Shown: one piece after another, positions 51,691 to 64,000 of the stretch
How the letters are laid out: each line of letters opens with the position of its first letter
Numbering within the stretch: the stretch's first letter is position 1
DNA from: Eledone cirrhosa
Lineage: Eukaryota
Assembly: GCA_964016885.1 (NCBI GenBank)
Contig: OZ024762.1
Location: 1,984,001 to 2,048,000, forward strand
Reading direction: 5' to 3'
DNA: 64,000 bases
Notes under the pieces: model-generated
The model's input: only the letters and a program-made list of their open reading frames with translations
What the model was told of the DNA's origin: nothing
Database searches by the model: none
Made by a program: the position numbers and the translations under genes

Positions 51691-52714
51691 CATACACACA
51701 CATACATTATACATATAACTCATGCTAGTGTGGAAGATAGACGTTAAACGATGATGATGACACACACATACACATAACTAAATCTCCCTGGTTCCAACAT
51801 CACATCTCACCTAGGTATACTCAACCATAACTGACCATGATCTCTCCACAACAGTAAACACACAAAACTGTCCAATAAACACCAACAATCACCAAACGTT
51901 GCCATTATTTTTAATGTTTGTATCAAGCAAACCACAATATACAAAGGAGTCACAATTTCTACAAAAAAGTTTTCTATTAATAAAAAATATAGTCAAGATA
52001 AGTTTTAGAAATAAATATCTGCTCACTAATTTTTTTGGTTGATATTGTTGTAGTTGTTGTTTTGTAGTAGTCGTAATAAGACTGGTAGTTGTTTTTTTTT
52101 TCTTTTATTTAATGTTGTAGTAGTGGTGGTAGTATGACTGTTGTTGGTTGGTATTGTAGTGTGACTTGTAGGGATATTACAGTTGATGTTGTAGTTGTAG
52201 GTATATATGTTTATGGTTGATGTAGTAGTAGTATGACTGTTCTTGGTTCATGTTGTAGTGTGACTTGTAGATATAATGTAGTTGTTTATGGTAATAGTAG
52301 TAGTAGTAGTAGTAGTATGGCTATTGTTGGTTGATATTGTAGTGTGACCTGTAGGGATATTACAGTTGATGTTGTAGTAGTAGGATGACCGTTGTTGGTT
52401 GTAGTTGTAGGTTTATAACAGTTGTTTATGGTTGATGTTGTAGTAGTAGTAGTGGTGGTTGTAGTATGACTTGTTGGTTGATGTTGTAGTTGTAGTTGTT
52501 CTGCTTGATATTGTTATTATTACTACTTTTTTTTAAATATTTTTTATTGTTGTTGCTGCAGCTGTTGTTGTACGGTCAATATTGTTGTATGACTGCGTAA
52601 CCATGTGTGTGTGTGTGTAATTGACTGTGTTACATACTTATTATTCACACAAGTACAACCCATGCTAGCATGGAAAGCAAATGTAAAATGAATATATATA
52701 TATATATATAGATA

Positions 52715-53565
52715 CGAGGTGGTATCTAAAAGTTCCCGGACTAGCTTCGTAACGTGCCACCAGGTGGCAACACAGTGGTAATTAACTGTAACTGTCATAA
52801 GTCAGTGTACCTAGTGACATCGTTGTGTTTACATCGTAAGTTTAGTTAAATTGGTGTTTTTCTGATCATGTCCTTGTGCAAGTCTGCGATTACATTATGA
52901 ACATCAAGTTGGAACAAAGAGCCAACGTGAAATTTTGGGTTAAACTTGGAAAATCAGCCCCAGAGACAAAGCAGTAGCCAACACAATGGAAGAGGCCATC
53001 ATCTCCATGGCCAAAGAAGGCAAGACAGAGCCACAGTTCAATTAAGAGCATGCTCATAGTCTTTTCCGACATCCGTGGCATTATTCATTGAGAATTCATC
53101 CCCCCAGGGCCAGACCATCAAAAAAGAGGTTTACTCCGAACATCTGAGGCGTTTGAGAAAGAACATTCGGTGAAAGCGACGAAATCTGTGGTACACGAAG
53201 AACTGGATTCTCCACGACGACAATACAGCCTGTCACCAAGCACAGCATGCCATCATTTCCACATCTGCCATACTCGCCAGATTTAGCTCCTGCGGTGGTC
53301 TTCTTTTTCCCAAAGATGAAAACCAGGCTCAACGGTCACCGTTTTAAAACAATTGCCAAGATCCAGCGCAAATCGCAGAAGGTTCTCAATAAGTTTACAA
53401 AAGATGACTTCAGGGTTTCATTCCAGGAGTGGCAGAAACTTTGGAATCAGCGTGTTGCTGCACAAAGGGACTATTTCGAAGGAGACAGTGTTTAAACTTA
53501 TCTAAATAAAGTCCTTTTTTTTTTTTTTTGAATAGCTAGCCTGGAAACTTTTTGACTTACCCTCG
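52715..53565 (+). mobile_element. Degenerate, internally deleted mariner element
   Basis: TA-flanked imperfect TIRs CGAGGTGGTATCTAAAAGTTCCCGGACTAGC / GCTAGCCTGGAAACTTTTTGACTTACCCTCG; transposase relics LEQRANVKF and HLPYSPDLAP...FFFPKMK. Confidence 0.88.
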
Positions 53566-53846
53566 TATCACACACAAGCATTAGACTCATATATTTTATA
53601 TATCTTTAATTACAACTGTTTCATGCTCCCAGATACAGATCATACCATATATATATAAATATATATATATAGGAAAAGCGTCAAGACCCCGACGGCTGAG
53701 CTCTGGTTGTTTTGATCTATCTGTTGAAACGTCTGGAGCTCAGCCGCTGGGGTCCTGACTCTTTTCCTATTACACACTCTACAACACTAAGTATTGAGTA
53801 CTGTGGTGCATTATGGTCTACCTGGTTTCTTACCACATCTTCTTTG

Positions 53847-53886
<40 letters not shown>

Positions 53887-53973
53887 CATGTATATAGACA
53901 CTCACATACAGGTAGTAATACTGCTTGCAACAAGGATGTATAAATGAAACCAAGGTATATATATGTGTATATA

Positions 53974-54021
<48 letters not shown>

Positions 54022-54330
54022 TAGATAAAACCAGTGTATGAGTTTCCTTGAGTAAAAGTTATTTGTGGGTAGTCAAATGTATTATGTATGTGATAAATAT
54101 ATCTATCATACAAAGTATGTGTGCATGTATGTCTGTCTGTGTGTGTATGTGTAGATATATACACGTATGTATGTGTTAATATATGTGTAGTTATTCCAGT
54201 TATTATGCATGTATGTATATTCAGTTCCATGTATATATACACATAGATATGAGTATATACATATATAAATACATACATATACATAAATATATATATATAT
54301 TTATATAAAATATTATATATATATATATAA

Positions 54331-54373
<43 letters not shown>

Positions 54374-54547
54374 TATATATATATATATATATATAAAATA
54401 TTATATATATATATGTATATATTTTTACTAATCACTAACAACCAACGAAGGTATATAACACACCTTTATAATTTGGTTGTTGTATTTTCTCAGCTAACAT
54501 TTAGGGAAAAAAAAAAAAAAATTTGGTCACTTTGGTTTAAGGTAACT

Positions 54548-55681
54548 TCAGTGGCGTGTATTGTCCACACGTACCCCGTGTGTGTGTCCGTGTCCATGGG
54601 TGTGTCCGTGACCATGACTGTGTCCATGGCTGTGACTATGTCCGTGGCTGTGACTATGTAAATGGTTCCTCACGATCTGTGAGGGGCCTTTGTTGAAGTT
54701 CTTGACATTGACGCCAGCCTCGGCCGCCATACTGATCCCCACCCCTATCTCAGACGCCACCGACAGGGCGTCGCGAGTGTTCTCGCTCTGCTGCTGATCC
54801 ATTATCCGGTTCCTGGGGGGAGCAGCGCTGCACCCCCCACCGACAGCCGCGCAGCAACTGTCGCTGGCGCCGGCCCCGCAGCAAACACTGCCGGGGCAAA
54901 TACTTCCACAGCTGCCGTTTGAACACGTTGTTGTGTACATGGTCGGTTTACTCTCTGGAGGTGCAGTCATCTGGTTGGTAGGCATAGCAACGGGTTCTGG
55001 TTCACCGGCGTTAATATGTTTCCTTTTATGCTTCACTAGTGTTCCACACAGAGCAAACGCTGAGCCACAGTAATTACACACAAATGGTTTCTCACCTGTG
55101 TGAGTTCTCTGGTGTATTCTGAGATGTGATGAGTAGCTAAAGGTTTTGTTGCAGAACTGGCAAGTGAAGGGCTTCTCCCCTGTGTGGACTCTTCTGTGCA
55201 TGGCTAAATGCGAAGAATAGGAAAATGTCTTTTCACAATACTCGCAGGGAAATGGTTTTTCGCCGGTGTGTGTCCGTTTATGCATCTTTAAATGAGAAGA
55301 ATAACTAAAAGTCTTTGTGCAGAATTCACACGAGAATGGTTTCTCTCCGGTGTGCAGGCGTTCATGCATCTTCAAATGCGATGAATACGCGAAGGCCTTT
55401 CTACAGAAGTCGCAGGAGAAGGGTTTCTCGCCCGTGTGAATGCGTTTGTGCATGGCAAGGTGGGAGCTGTAGAGGAAGGACTTTCCGCAGTAGTTGCAGT
55501 TGAGGGATTTGCCCTTGTTGTTCACCATACGCATGGTCGTCGAAGGTTCCGGTACGGAAGGGCTCATGCCGCCGTAATTGGTTATGGTGCCGTCTTGCGG
55601 AGGTGGCGGCGGCGGGGGAGGCGGTGGGGGCGGGGGTGAGGAAGAGGAAGACTGGTGGCAATCTACATCAACACTCCACAT
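54548..55681 (-). CDS. C2H2 zinc-finger protein C: poly-Pro N-terminus, 6 fingers, Cys-rich segment, His-rich tail (377 aa)
   Basis: Intact ORF with TGEKPF linkers; acceptor TTGTAG at 56116; candidate upstream non-coding exon with donor CAG|GTATAT at 62936. Confidence 0.92.
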   Translation of the reverse strand: MWSVDVDCHQSSSSSPPPPPPPPPPPPPQDGTITNYGGMSPSVPEPSTTMRMVNNKGKSLNCNYCGKSFLYSSHLAMHKRIHTGEKPFSCDFCRKAFAYSSHLKMHERLHTGEKPFSCEFCTKTFSYSSHLKMHKRTHTGEKPFPCEYCEKTFSYSSHLAMHRRVHTGEKPFTCQFCNKTFSYSSHLRIHQRTHTGEKPFVCNYCGSAFALCGTLVKHKRKHINAGEPEPVAMPTNQMTAPPESKPTMYTTTCSNGSCGSICPGSVCCGAGASDSCCAAVGGGCSAAPPRNRIMDQQQSENTRDALSVASEIGVGISMAAEAGVNVKNFNKGPSQIVRNHLHSHSHGHSHSHGHSHGHGHTHGHGHTHGVRVDNTRH

Positions 55682-56977
55682 TGTTGCAGTGTGATGGTGG
55701 TATTATTAATAGTAGTAGTAGTAGTAGTGGTCGAAGGAACAGCAATGACAGACGCTGTCGGAAATAGACTACAGTGGAACCAAGATTCCGGTTAACACTG
55801 ATGGGGGAGAGGAGAAGAGGGTGGTGCAGTCTTGTCTTAAGTTTTACAAACAAAAGTGAGTATCATGTGTTGTTGATGCTGATGATGTATGTGTATTGTT
55901 ATTTAAAGTAGAACCTTCTAGAGAAATATCCACTGTAATGGCAGCCCCAGTTGGAAGAATTTCTGTATAAATTTCAGTTTGGTTTTTGGTTTAGTTTAAG
56001 AGATAAGATTCCTTCGGTGGGCAGATTAGGGATCGTGGAACCAAACGAAAGTCTCAGTTCCTAAAATCCATCTCCAGGTCTTCCGGGGGATCCTTCACAG
56101 ATCAGAAATGGAATCCTACAATGAAATACAATGAAATACATGAGTTTTTTTAAAAGAATCGTTAAAACAAAGAAGGAAAATCTTTAAAACCATATCTATC
56201 TCATGTGGCCTACATGATGAGCCATATCCCATGTGGCTCACATGGTTAGATATATCTCGTGTTGCCTACATGAGCTACACATTTCATGCGGTCCACACGA
56301 TGAGCTACATATCTCATGTGGCTTTGCCTTATGACAAGCTATATCATGTGGTCCAAATGATGGACTATATCACATGTGGTCTGCCTTATCATAAGTTATA
56401 TCTCATGTGGCCCACTGCTTGGTTTAGAATACTGAATACTCTTCCTTTCAGCGCCATATTTCCTATGAAAGACATTGCCTGTGGGTTTTTTTTTTTTTGA
56501 TTTCAAATAAATTTTACAGCCAAAATATTCACAATGGGCACTGCCATCTGTAGAAGATAGGAGAAGATAGCCCAAAACTGCAACATAACAGACAGGTTCT
56601 TTAGTGTGCTGGTCGCCATTGAGACCTCCAGTGTCCTTGGTCTCTGAATTGACTCTTTCCTCCTCAAAATTGGGAGGTGTAAGGACTACATCCCGCCTGA
56701 AGAAATAGCCTCCTCATGAGGTGTAATGACTAATGCAATGGGTATCACTGGCTGGTCTTTACAGCAATGCCTTTGCCATTTTGTCCACAAGGTCACAGCT
56801 GAGATTACACCCTCTAGACTGAGGGTAAGGGTGGGGTCTGCCATGCCCTAACCCCATCCACTTAACTTTCATTATAGAACTTTACTGAAATTTTTGCTTT
56901 ATTAATAAAAAAAAAACATAGAAAAAATTCAACAGATTTCACTTAATTTTTTTTTACATACAGTTTTAGAATAATCT

Positions 56978-57193
56978 TTAACCCTTTAGTGTTCAAGCCG
57001 GCCAAAACCGACCAGAATTCTCTACCTTTCTGTTGAAACTGGCCACTCATACTGATGTTAAGGTATTGTTCTCAAAATAAATACCTTAAAAATCTCATAG
57101 ATTCGATATTATGTGAGATAATTATGCGAGGTAAAGCATTTACCATGAAAATATAATAGTATATATAGAGTAATGTGAATGCTAAAGGGTTAA
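56978..57193. mobile_element. piggyBac-like MITE (TTAA target, CCCTTTAG termini)
   Basis: TTAA-CCCTTTAG...CTAAAGGG-TTAA; family also at 5420-5640, 28490-28715 and 32203-32493. Confidence 0.7.
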
Positions 57194-57429
57194 TGAGGAT
57201 GATTATATAATTATTGATAAATATATATATACGTGCGTGTCTGTGTATATATAATTATTTTGCAAGGTTTTTGATATAAAATCGTGTGTTGAAACAAATA
57301 TTGTTATATTTGGGGAGGGTCATATTGTTATAATATTGCCAGAAATAATAACAGAACACACTCACTGTTGGAATAGCATAAATAGGACTAAACATAAGAT
57401 AGGGAAAGCTACTAGCCACTTCATGGTAT

Positions 57430-58200
57430 GGCAACCAGAGATACCAGAGTGTCATGTTCATGGATGCAACCCCTGGAGGTGAATTAGCTAACCAATGTAG
57501 AAAGGCCTTACAAAAGACGCATTTAAAGATTAAAGTGGTAGAAAAGTCAGGAACTACCATAAAATCCCTGATCAGTAAAACATACGCCTTTAAGAAAACC
57601 CACTGTATGAATAAGAAATGTGTTATATGTAGAATAAATCCACAAATAAATTGTAAAACTAGAAATGTAGTCTATAGCATAAGACGTACATAGGGTACTT
57701 GCAGAAACATTACAAAGACATACATAGGTGAGGCAGCTCGAAGCGTAGGAGAAAGAATAGACCAACACTAGGGGGAACTAAAAGGACAAAAAGATGGTTC
57801 GGTACTATATGAACACGCCAAAGACATGACGGTAATATAGACAACATAGAAATTAAAATAATATCTAAACATAGAAATGACTCAACAGGTAGACAAATCA
57901 GAGAAGCAACTGAAATAGAACCAAAATAACCAAAGTTGAACAGAAAAAAATGAATGGAATAACAACAACAACCATACACAAACACACAATAGTGACCTAA
58001 GATAAATATAAATAAATATATACAGGTGCAATAACAACCACACCTAAACACACACTAGTGAACAAAGAATAAAAACATGCGCAAACTGAGACAAATAAAT
58101 AAATAAAAATAAAAATGGAATTGACATTACAACAGGAGGAAACATAATAGTACCACTGATGGTGTCACAGTTGTGTGATAAAAGAACTTTGATAAGACTA
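57430..58200 (+). mobile_element. Penelope-like element relic (RT thumb, Cys-rich linker, GIY-YIG endonuclease) with 3' region
   Basis: TPGGELA...KIKVVEKSG.TIKSL...C...C..C...NC...NVVY...YIGE.ARS..ERI.QH, with frameshifts and stops. Confidence 0.8.
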
Positions 58201-59615
58201 TATAAATATATTTATATCTATATTTTTAACCGTTGGTCAATCAATGATAAACATTGATTGACAGCTAAATTAACTATAGGGATATAAAATATACAGAAGC
58301 GAAAACCAATCCAAACCAAACAGTGAGTGTTTTATTTTTGGCAATTGGATAGGCAGTATCGGTAGAGGGTCAGACACCATGCTTTGCAGCATAGAGTTAC
58401 GGCCCTTTACGTTCTGAGATCAAATTCCGCCGAGGTTAACTGTGCCTTTCATCCTGACGGGGTCGATAACATAAAGTACCAGTCACGCACTGGGGTCGAT
58501 TTAATCGACTTTCCCCTCCCCCAAAATTGCTGGCCTTGTGCCTCTATAAGAAACCAATATTATAACAATATGACCCTCCTCTTAATTTTTTCGTCCGTGG
58601 AATTTCCAGGGGTCCCGCTAGTTGTAAATAAAATCGAAGTTTTTCAGATTTAAGTGTACGCAATGAACTTATTAAAAGACTTCTCAAAGAATTAATAAAA
58701 CGTTACCAAGGACGCCAAAGACCAAAGGTTGACAATATTTCAAAAATTAAAATATACCAAAGTAGAGCTTCTTTAGAATTTTTTAAAGTATCAATAAAAT
58801 ATCTAATCATACGTTTTATTATTATTATTTATTTTCCTGGAGTTAACTTTGCCTTTCATCCTTACGGGGTCGATAAAATAAAGTACCAGTAATACACTGG
58901 ATTAATTGCTGGCCTTGTACCAAAAGTAGAAACAATTATTTATTTTCCTATAACATTAAATCGATTTATGAAATATAATGGTATGCGTGCGTGTTTGTGT
59001 ATCGACCGCCGATAGAAAAGATCCCTCGTCAAATCGGACCGAGGAAGCAATGTTTCCGTTGGTCTTTCCAATTGCTAGTACTATCTGTCGGTCGCAACTC
59101 CAGGTAGAAGGAGCAACGTGAAATAAAGTGTCTTGCTCAAGGACATAACGCATCACTCGGTCGGGGAATCGAACTCACAACCTCACAATTGAGAATTCAA
59201 TTCTCTAACCACTCAGCCACGCGCCTTCACTTCGTCTGTGTTCGGCAATCTCTGTGATGTACGGGGTGTCAATGTTTACATCATCCAGTTAGACCTAAAA
59301 ACGAAGGAAGGAGAATCGCCTATATATATATATATATATATATAGGTTTCGAGACCCCGACGGCTGAGCTTCTGCCTTTTCAACAGCTAGTTTATATATA
59401 TATATATTAATATTAATTTAAAACATGGCGAAGCATTCAAAATATATTGATAAGTGATACGTTATCACAAAATATATCGATATTTCATCAGATCTTTGAA
59501 AAAAATATTGATTTCGTTAATGTATAGTCTGTTCGGCCCTTAAGAAGTTAAGGGCCGAAACACTGGCATGGGGTTGGAGGGGGCTCTGAAGACCTTCTTG
59601 CTGTCCAGCTCTCCT

Positions 59616-59651
<36 letters not shown>

Positions 59652-60742
59652 GTCAATAAAATCAAAGTTAACCCTTCATGAAATAATCGACCCCATTCCG
59701 GCCGTGACCTTCCTGAATGGAATTTTAACGACCCCTACGGTTACATTACTCAATGTCCTTCCTCCTCCACCCTTTTTTAAAAGACGATGGCGGAGTGATC
59801 GGATCGATATTTAGCTGCTATTTCTAGCGACCACTTAGACGTTCCTATTAATTACAACTGTTTTATAATCATGTACGATATAATAAATGGTTTTGTTCTG
59901 TCTTGTGTAATTAATTATTATATAACAAACACAATACCGCCGAGGTTATTCAATTAAATTTACCCCAGTTCATTACTGGTACTTTATTTTATCGACCCTG
60001 TATGGATGAAAGACAAAGCTAACCTCGACGGGATTTGAACTCAGAGCGTAAAGGGACGTAACTCAATGCCGCTACACGTTATCCGGCACTCTACCGATTC
60101 TACTCTCTTAGGAGGAGTGACAATATCAAGTCGGTAGGGATGGCCACAGGATTGTCTCGGGAAGTTACAACAAAGAAAATAATAAAGTATTATAGAAATG
60201 TTTGTTGTTGTTGGTGTGTGTGTGTGATGGTGGGTGGATGCTGGTGCTCCAGCATGGCCTATTATTGCCGATGGCTAAACTAAACCAAAGACCAAAGTAA
60301 AGAAGTTTAAAAGAATGTTTTCCAGGTAACCAGGAAAAATGTCAACATACATGTTTAGCTTAGAATGTCACATATATACACACACACAGAGAACATGTTA
60401 CATATACACCCTAACAGCATGTCACACCAAACACGCTAGGAGGTAATTAAACGGTCGATCAACCTGCTAGAAACAACAGCCAGATCCCCTTCTTATAACA
60501 CTACGCCCAATAACAACAAAAGGTTGGTAAAGACTCATTAGGATAATTAATTGCTAGATAACAGCGTGACTTTCACTCCTCCCTGCCTCTCCAATTAACT
60601 GGATGGTCACGGTTGGAAGTTAAGTGATCATATACATCTGTCTGCTCTACAAGACTCGAGTTGGAACTAAAACAGCGAGAATTAACAATGGATATTTTTG
60701 TTTGGCTGTGTGTGTATATATATACACACTCACACGCACACA

Positions 60743-60824
60743 CACGGTGTCCCTAAAAAATGTATACACACTTTGATTAGAATGCTGTTGAAGTGTGTAT
60801 ACATTTTTGGGGGACATCCTGTGT
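60743..60824. mobile_element. Tiny Tc1/mariner-type MITE
   Basis: TIRs CACGGTGTCCCTAAAAAATGTATACACACT / AGTGTGTATACATTTTTGGGGGACATCCTGTG. Confidence 0.6.
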
Positions 60825-61257
60825 ATATATATTACGATTCTTAATAGATATTGGCACAATGAAAGACTGACAGACATCGTAATAACAAGGCCGGGAGTGC
60901 CGCCGTAAACCCATAGACAAGACATACAGACAGACTGAAATACACGGCTTATATGTATGTGTGTGTAATATATATATATATATATATATATTATTTCCTT
61001 CGAATGAAACAGTTCTAGTCCTGTAGAAGCCATTTCTATATTAAATATTGTATACACTCTACTAATGTATTGAGTACCTTACTGTGGTTACCCCCGATTG
61101 AAACCGGGATACACACACACACACAATATATATATATATACATATATATAAAAGTGTTGTTTTGTTTCTTAATTGCATAGATGCTTCGCGTAGTCTGTCA
61201 TAGCTTAAGCTTATTAGCTCTACACGGACTTTTAAATTGAATAAATACGCACATATG

Positions 61258-61301
<44 letters not shown>

Positions 61302-61955
61302 ACATAGAGACTGGCGGAGTGTGACAGTGATATGGAAACAATGTGTTTAGGTGGGGACGTGACAAAAAAAAGCACTACCTTTATAAGAAAGAGTAATTAT
61401 GAGTTTTATAAGGCGGAGGGGGGGGGGGAGTGTGACAAGACTTGGGAACAAAAGAATATTGAAGGGGAATTATATTTTAACTCCGATGGAGGGGAAGGAA
61501 AAAACCCCAACTACAACAACAACATTGAACAAGCATCATTATGAACATTGGATAATCACAATTCATCATCATCATCGTCTAACATCCATTATATATACAA
61601 TTATATATGGTATATAAATATATATACACAATTATATATATATATAATTATATAATTATATTTATATAATTATATATATATAATTATATTTATATATATA
61701 TATACACAATTATATTTATATATATATATACACAATTATATTTATATATATATATACACAATTATATTTATATATATAAATATACACACAATTATATATA
61801 TACATACATAGATTTATATGTATATAAATATATATATACATACACAATTATATATATATACATACACACACACACAATGATTATGGTAATATAGAAGTGA
61901 CTAAATAATTTTTGAGTTCGTAATAGACCAAGGAATATACATACACACATTATAC

Positions 61956-61992
<37 letters not shown>

Positions 61993-62650
61993 CATATATA
62001 TAGTTACTGGTGTATTTGTGGAAATATTTTGATTTTGTTTGCATTAATCGTCGGTCCTTGTGGCTAATAAAGACATAATTATTAGGGAGTGCTTTTTAAG
62101 AAATCGTAAAAAAAAAAAAAATACACAAAGAAAAATAGGGAGATGTGATATTTAAGGAAGTCAGTTATTTTTTGGAGGTGGAGGTGAAATTTTTTTAGTG
62201 GGGCATTTTTTTCAAAGGGTCTTTTTTTTTTTTTTTTTTTTTTCAGATTGTAATTTGTCGATGTTGTAAAATAAAGGGTTAGAAGCTGCCCGATGTACTG
62301 ATAATCTAGTTTGAGGAACTAAGTTAAACCTAAAGGGGGAAAAAAAAAAGAGAGAAAAAGCAAAGCGAACAAATATTAAGAGTTAGAAGAAGCAGAGAAA
62401 ATATAGATATATATGTAATGTGCGTGCGTGTGTATATTGTAGGTGAACCACGATGGCAACTACTACTATAGCCACCATAAGAGAGATGACGATGATGACG
62501 ATAACAAACGATGTAAATACCATAGTAGTAGTAATAATGATTGAGATCGTGGAATAACATACACGCCATTCACTCACTCATATAAATAGATGTCTCCTTC
62601 TTCGTCTTTCTTCTCCTCTCCTGGCGAAACGATCGTGCGACACCAGACAG

Positions 62651-62687
<37 letters not shown>

Positions 62688-63019
62688 TGTGCAACTGGGT
62701 TTGTGTATACACAGATCTATATATCTCTATGCATATATATATGTAAGTATGAATATATATATATATATATTAGAGAGAGACAGAGTAAAAGTGAGAGAGA
62801 GAGAGAAAGAGTGATATAGAGTAGAGGCACTTACTGGCTAGTTGGCTGGTTGGTTAGCCTACTAAAAACAACAGCTTACTACTACTAACAGTGAAAAAAA
62901 AAAAGAAAAAGAAGTAAAACCGTATAAATAATATACCTGACACTGCTACCAACTATCTACCGCCATTGGTGTCTGCAGTTTCAAGGCGATGTTCAATGGG
63001 TGAGCACCTGTCTAACAAT

Positions 63020-63900
63020 TACATACACACCCTCCTCCTTCCTCTTAGTATTAATCTCCTCCTCCGCCTCCTCCTCCTCCTTCCTCTTGGTCAATTTGTT
63101 TTTTGTCTCCTTCTTTCTCTTTGTGTCTCTCACACAAACTCTCTTGTCCCCCCCTCTCTCTCCATTGCACTTTCTCTCACACACTTTTGTCTCTCTCTTT
63201 CTCACTCTCCCTCTCTTAATTATTTAACCGTCTCTTTCTTTTTTTACTCTCTCTCCATCTATCTATATCTATATATATATATATATAGGAAAATGTTCAG
63301 GACCCCGACGGCAGAGCTCAAGCCGTTTCGACGGCTATTTCTGGACTCTCTCTCTCTACATATATATATATTGCTCTCTTTCTTACACCCTCCCTTGTTT
63401 CGCTTACTCTATTTCTCACTCCCTCCAATATTTCTCTTACTCTGTCTCTCTCTTTTGCTCTTTCTCACTCCCTCCCTCATTACTCTTACCCTCTTTTCCT
63501 TTCTTTATTTCACTCAGTCCTGTTATTTTTACTCTCTCACCCTCTTCCTCCGGATTAGTTTTTTTTATAAACTCTTTCACTTTTCACCCTCTAATGCCTC
63601 ATACACTATCTTTCTCTTTAATTTCTTTTTCTCACTCTCTTTCCCTCCCACTACTCTTTGTTCTTATTCACTTAACCTCGTCCTCTCTTTCTCTCTATCT
63701 CTACATCTCATACTCTCTCTTTATTTTCACTCCTCTCATTTTCATTCGGTTTTTTCCGTTTCTTTCTCTTCCTTCCTTCCCCCTCCCTCACTTTTCTATA
63801 CTCCTACTTTCCCTCCCAACCTACCTACTTTTTCTTCCTCTTTTCACTAAAGATCACTTCATTTTCCGTCCTCCTACTCCCAGTTCTTATATTTTTATAA
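63020..63900. repeat. CT-rich low-complexity region near the putative ZNF-C 5' end
   Basis: Strong pyrimidine skew on the plus strand. Confidence 0.7.
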
Positions 63901-64000
63901 TATTAACCTCGAATCTTCCTCCAAACTTTCCATTTAAATGAAAGACTACTGGCATTCTTTCCTTTGCTCTAGTTTTTTGTCTTTGTTATAATTAAATTAA

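Noticed and set aside
59528-59565. GGCCCTTAA-GAAG-TTAAGGGCC-GAAAC hairpin resembling hammerhead stem II
   Set aside because: No upstream CTGANGA core; it is a simple short palindrome.
62966-63941. 294-aa hydrophobic ORF
   Set aside because: Product of CT-rich low complexity plus a repeat half-copy; non-ATG start and no domain.

Overview
AT-rich, microsatellite- and retroposon-dense animal genomic DNA, most likely a coleoid cephalopod (Octopus-like; inferred from the [12 protein letters not shown]-type C2H2 arrays, tRNA-headed SINEs, RTE tails and TA tracts). I support six protein-coding genes: (1) an 11+ exon NPAT orthologue on the minus strand (319-15104, running off the left edge); (2, 3) a tail-to-tail pair of recently duplicated C2H2 zinc-finger genes (17 and 12 fingers); (4) a METTL25 orthologue on the plus strand with two in-frame coding minisatellites; (5) a single-ORF 559-aa protein resembling only the N-terminal PABP-binding part of eIF4G; and (6) a 6-finger C2H2 gene with five identical recognition helices, a Cys cluster and a His-rich tail. 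Non-coding DNA holds RTE/CR1-like LINE and SINE fragments, mariner/Tc1 and piggyBac-like MITEs, a Penelope GIY-YIG relic with a decayed hammerhead, palindromic elements inserted in (TA)n, TE-derived minisatellites and a ~400-bp inverted module pair. The best novelty candidates are the stand-alone eIF4G PABP-binding protein and the repeat-reading, possibly metal-binding, zinc finger. Exon models were built by hand from GT-AG sites and phase continuity; family calls rest on remembered motifs, and no database search was run.
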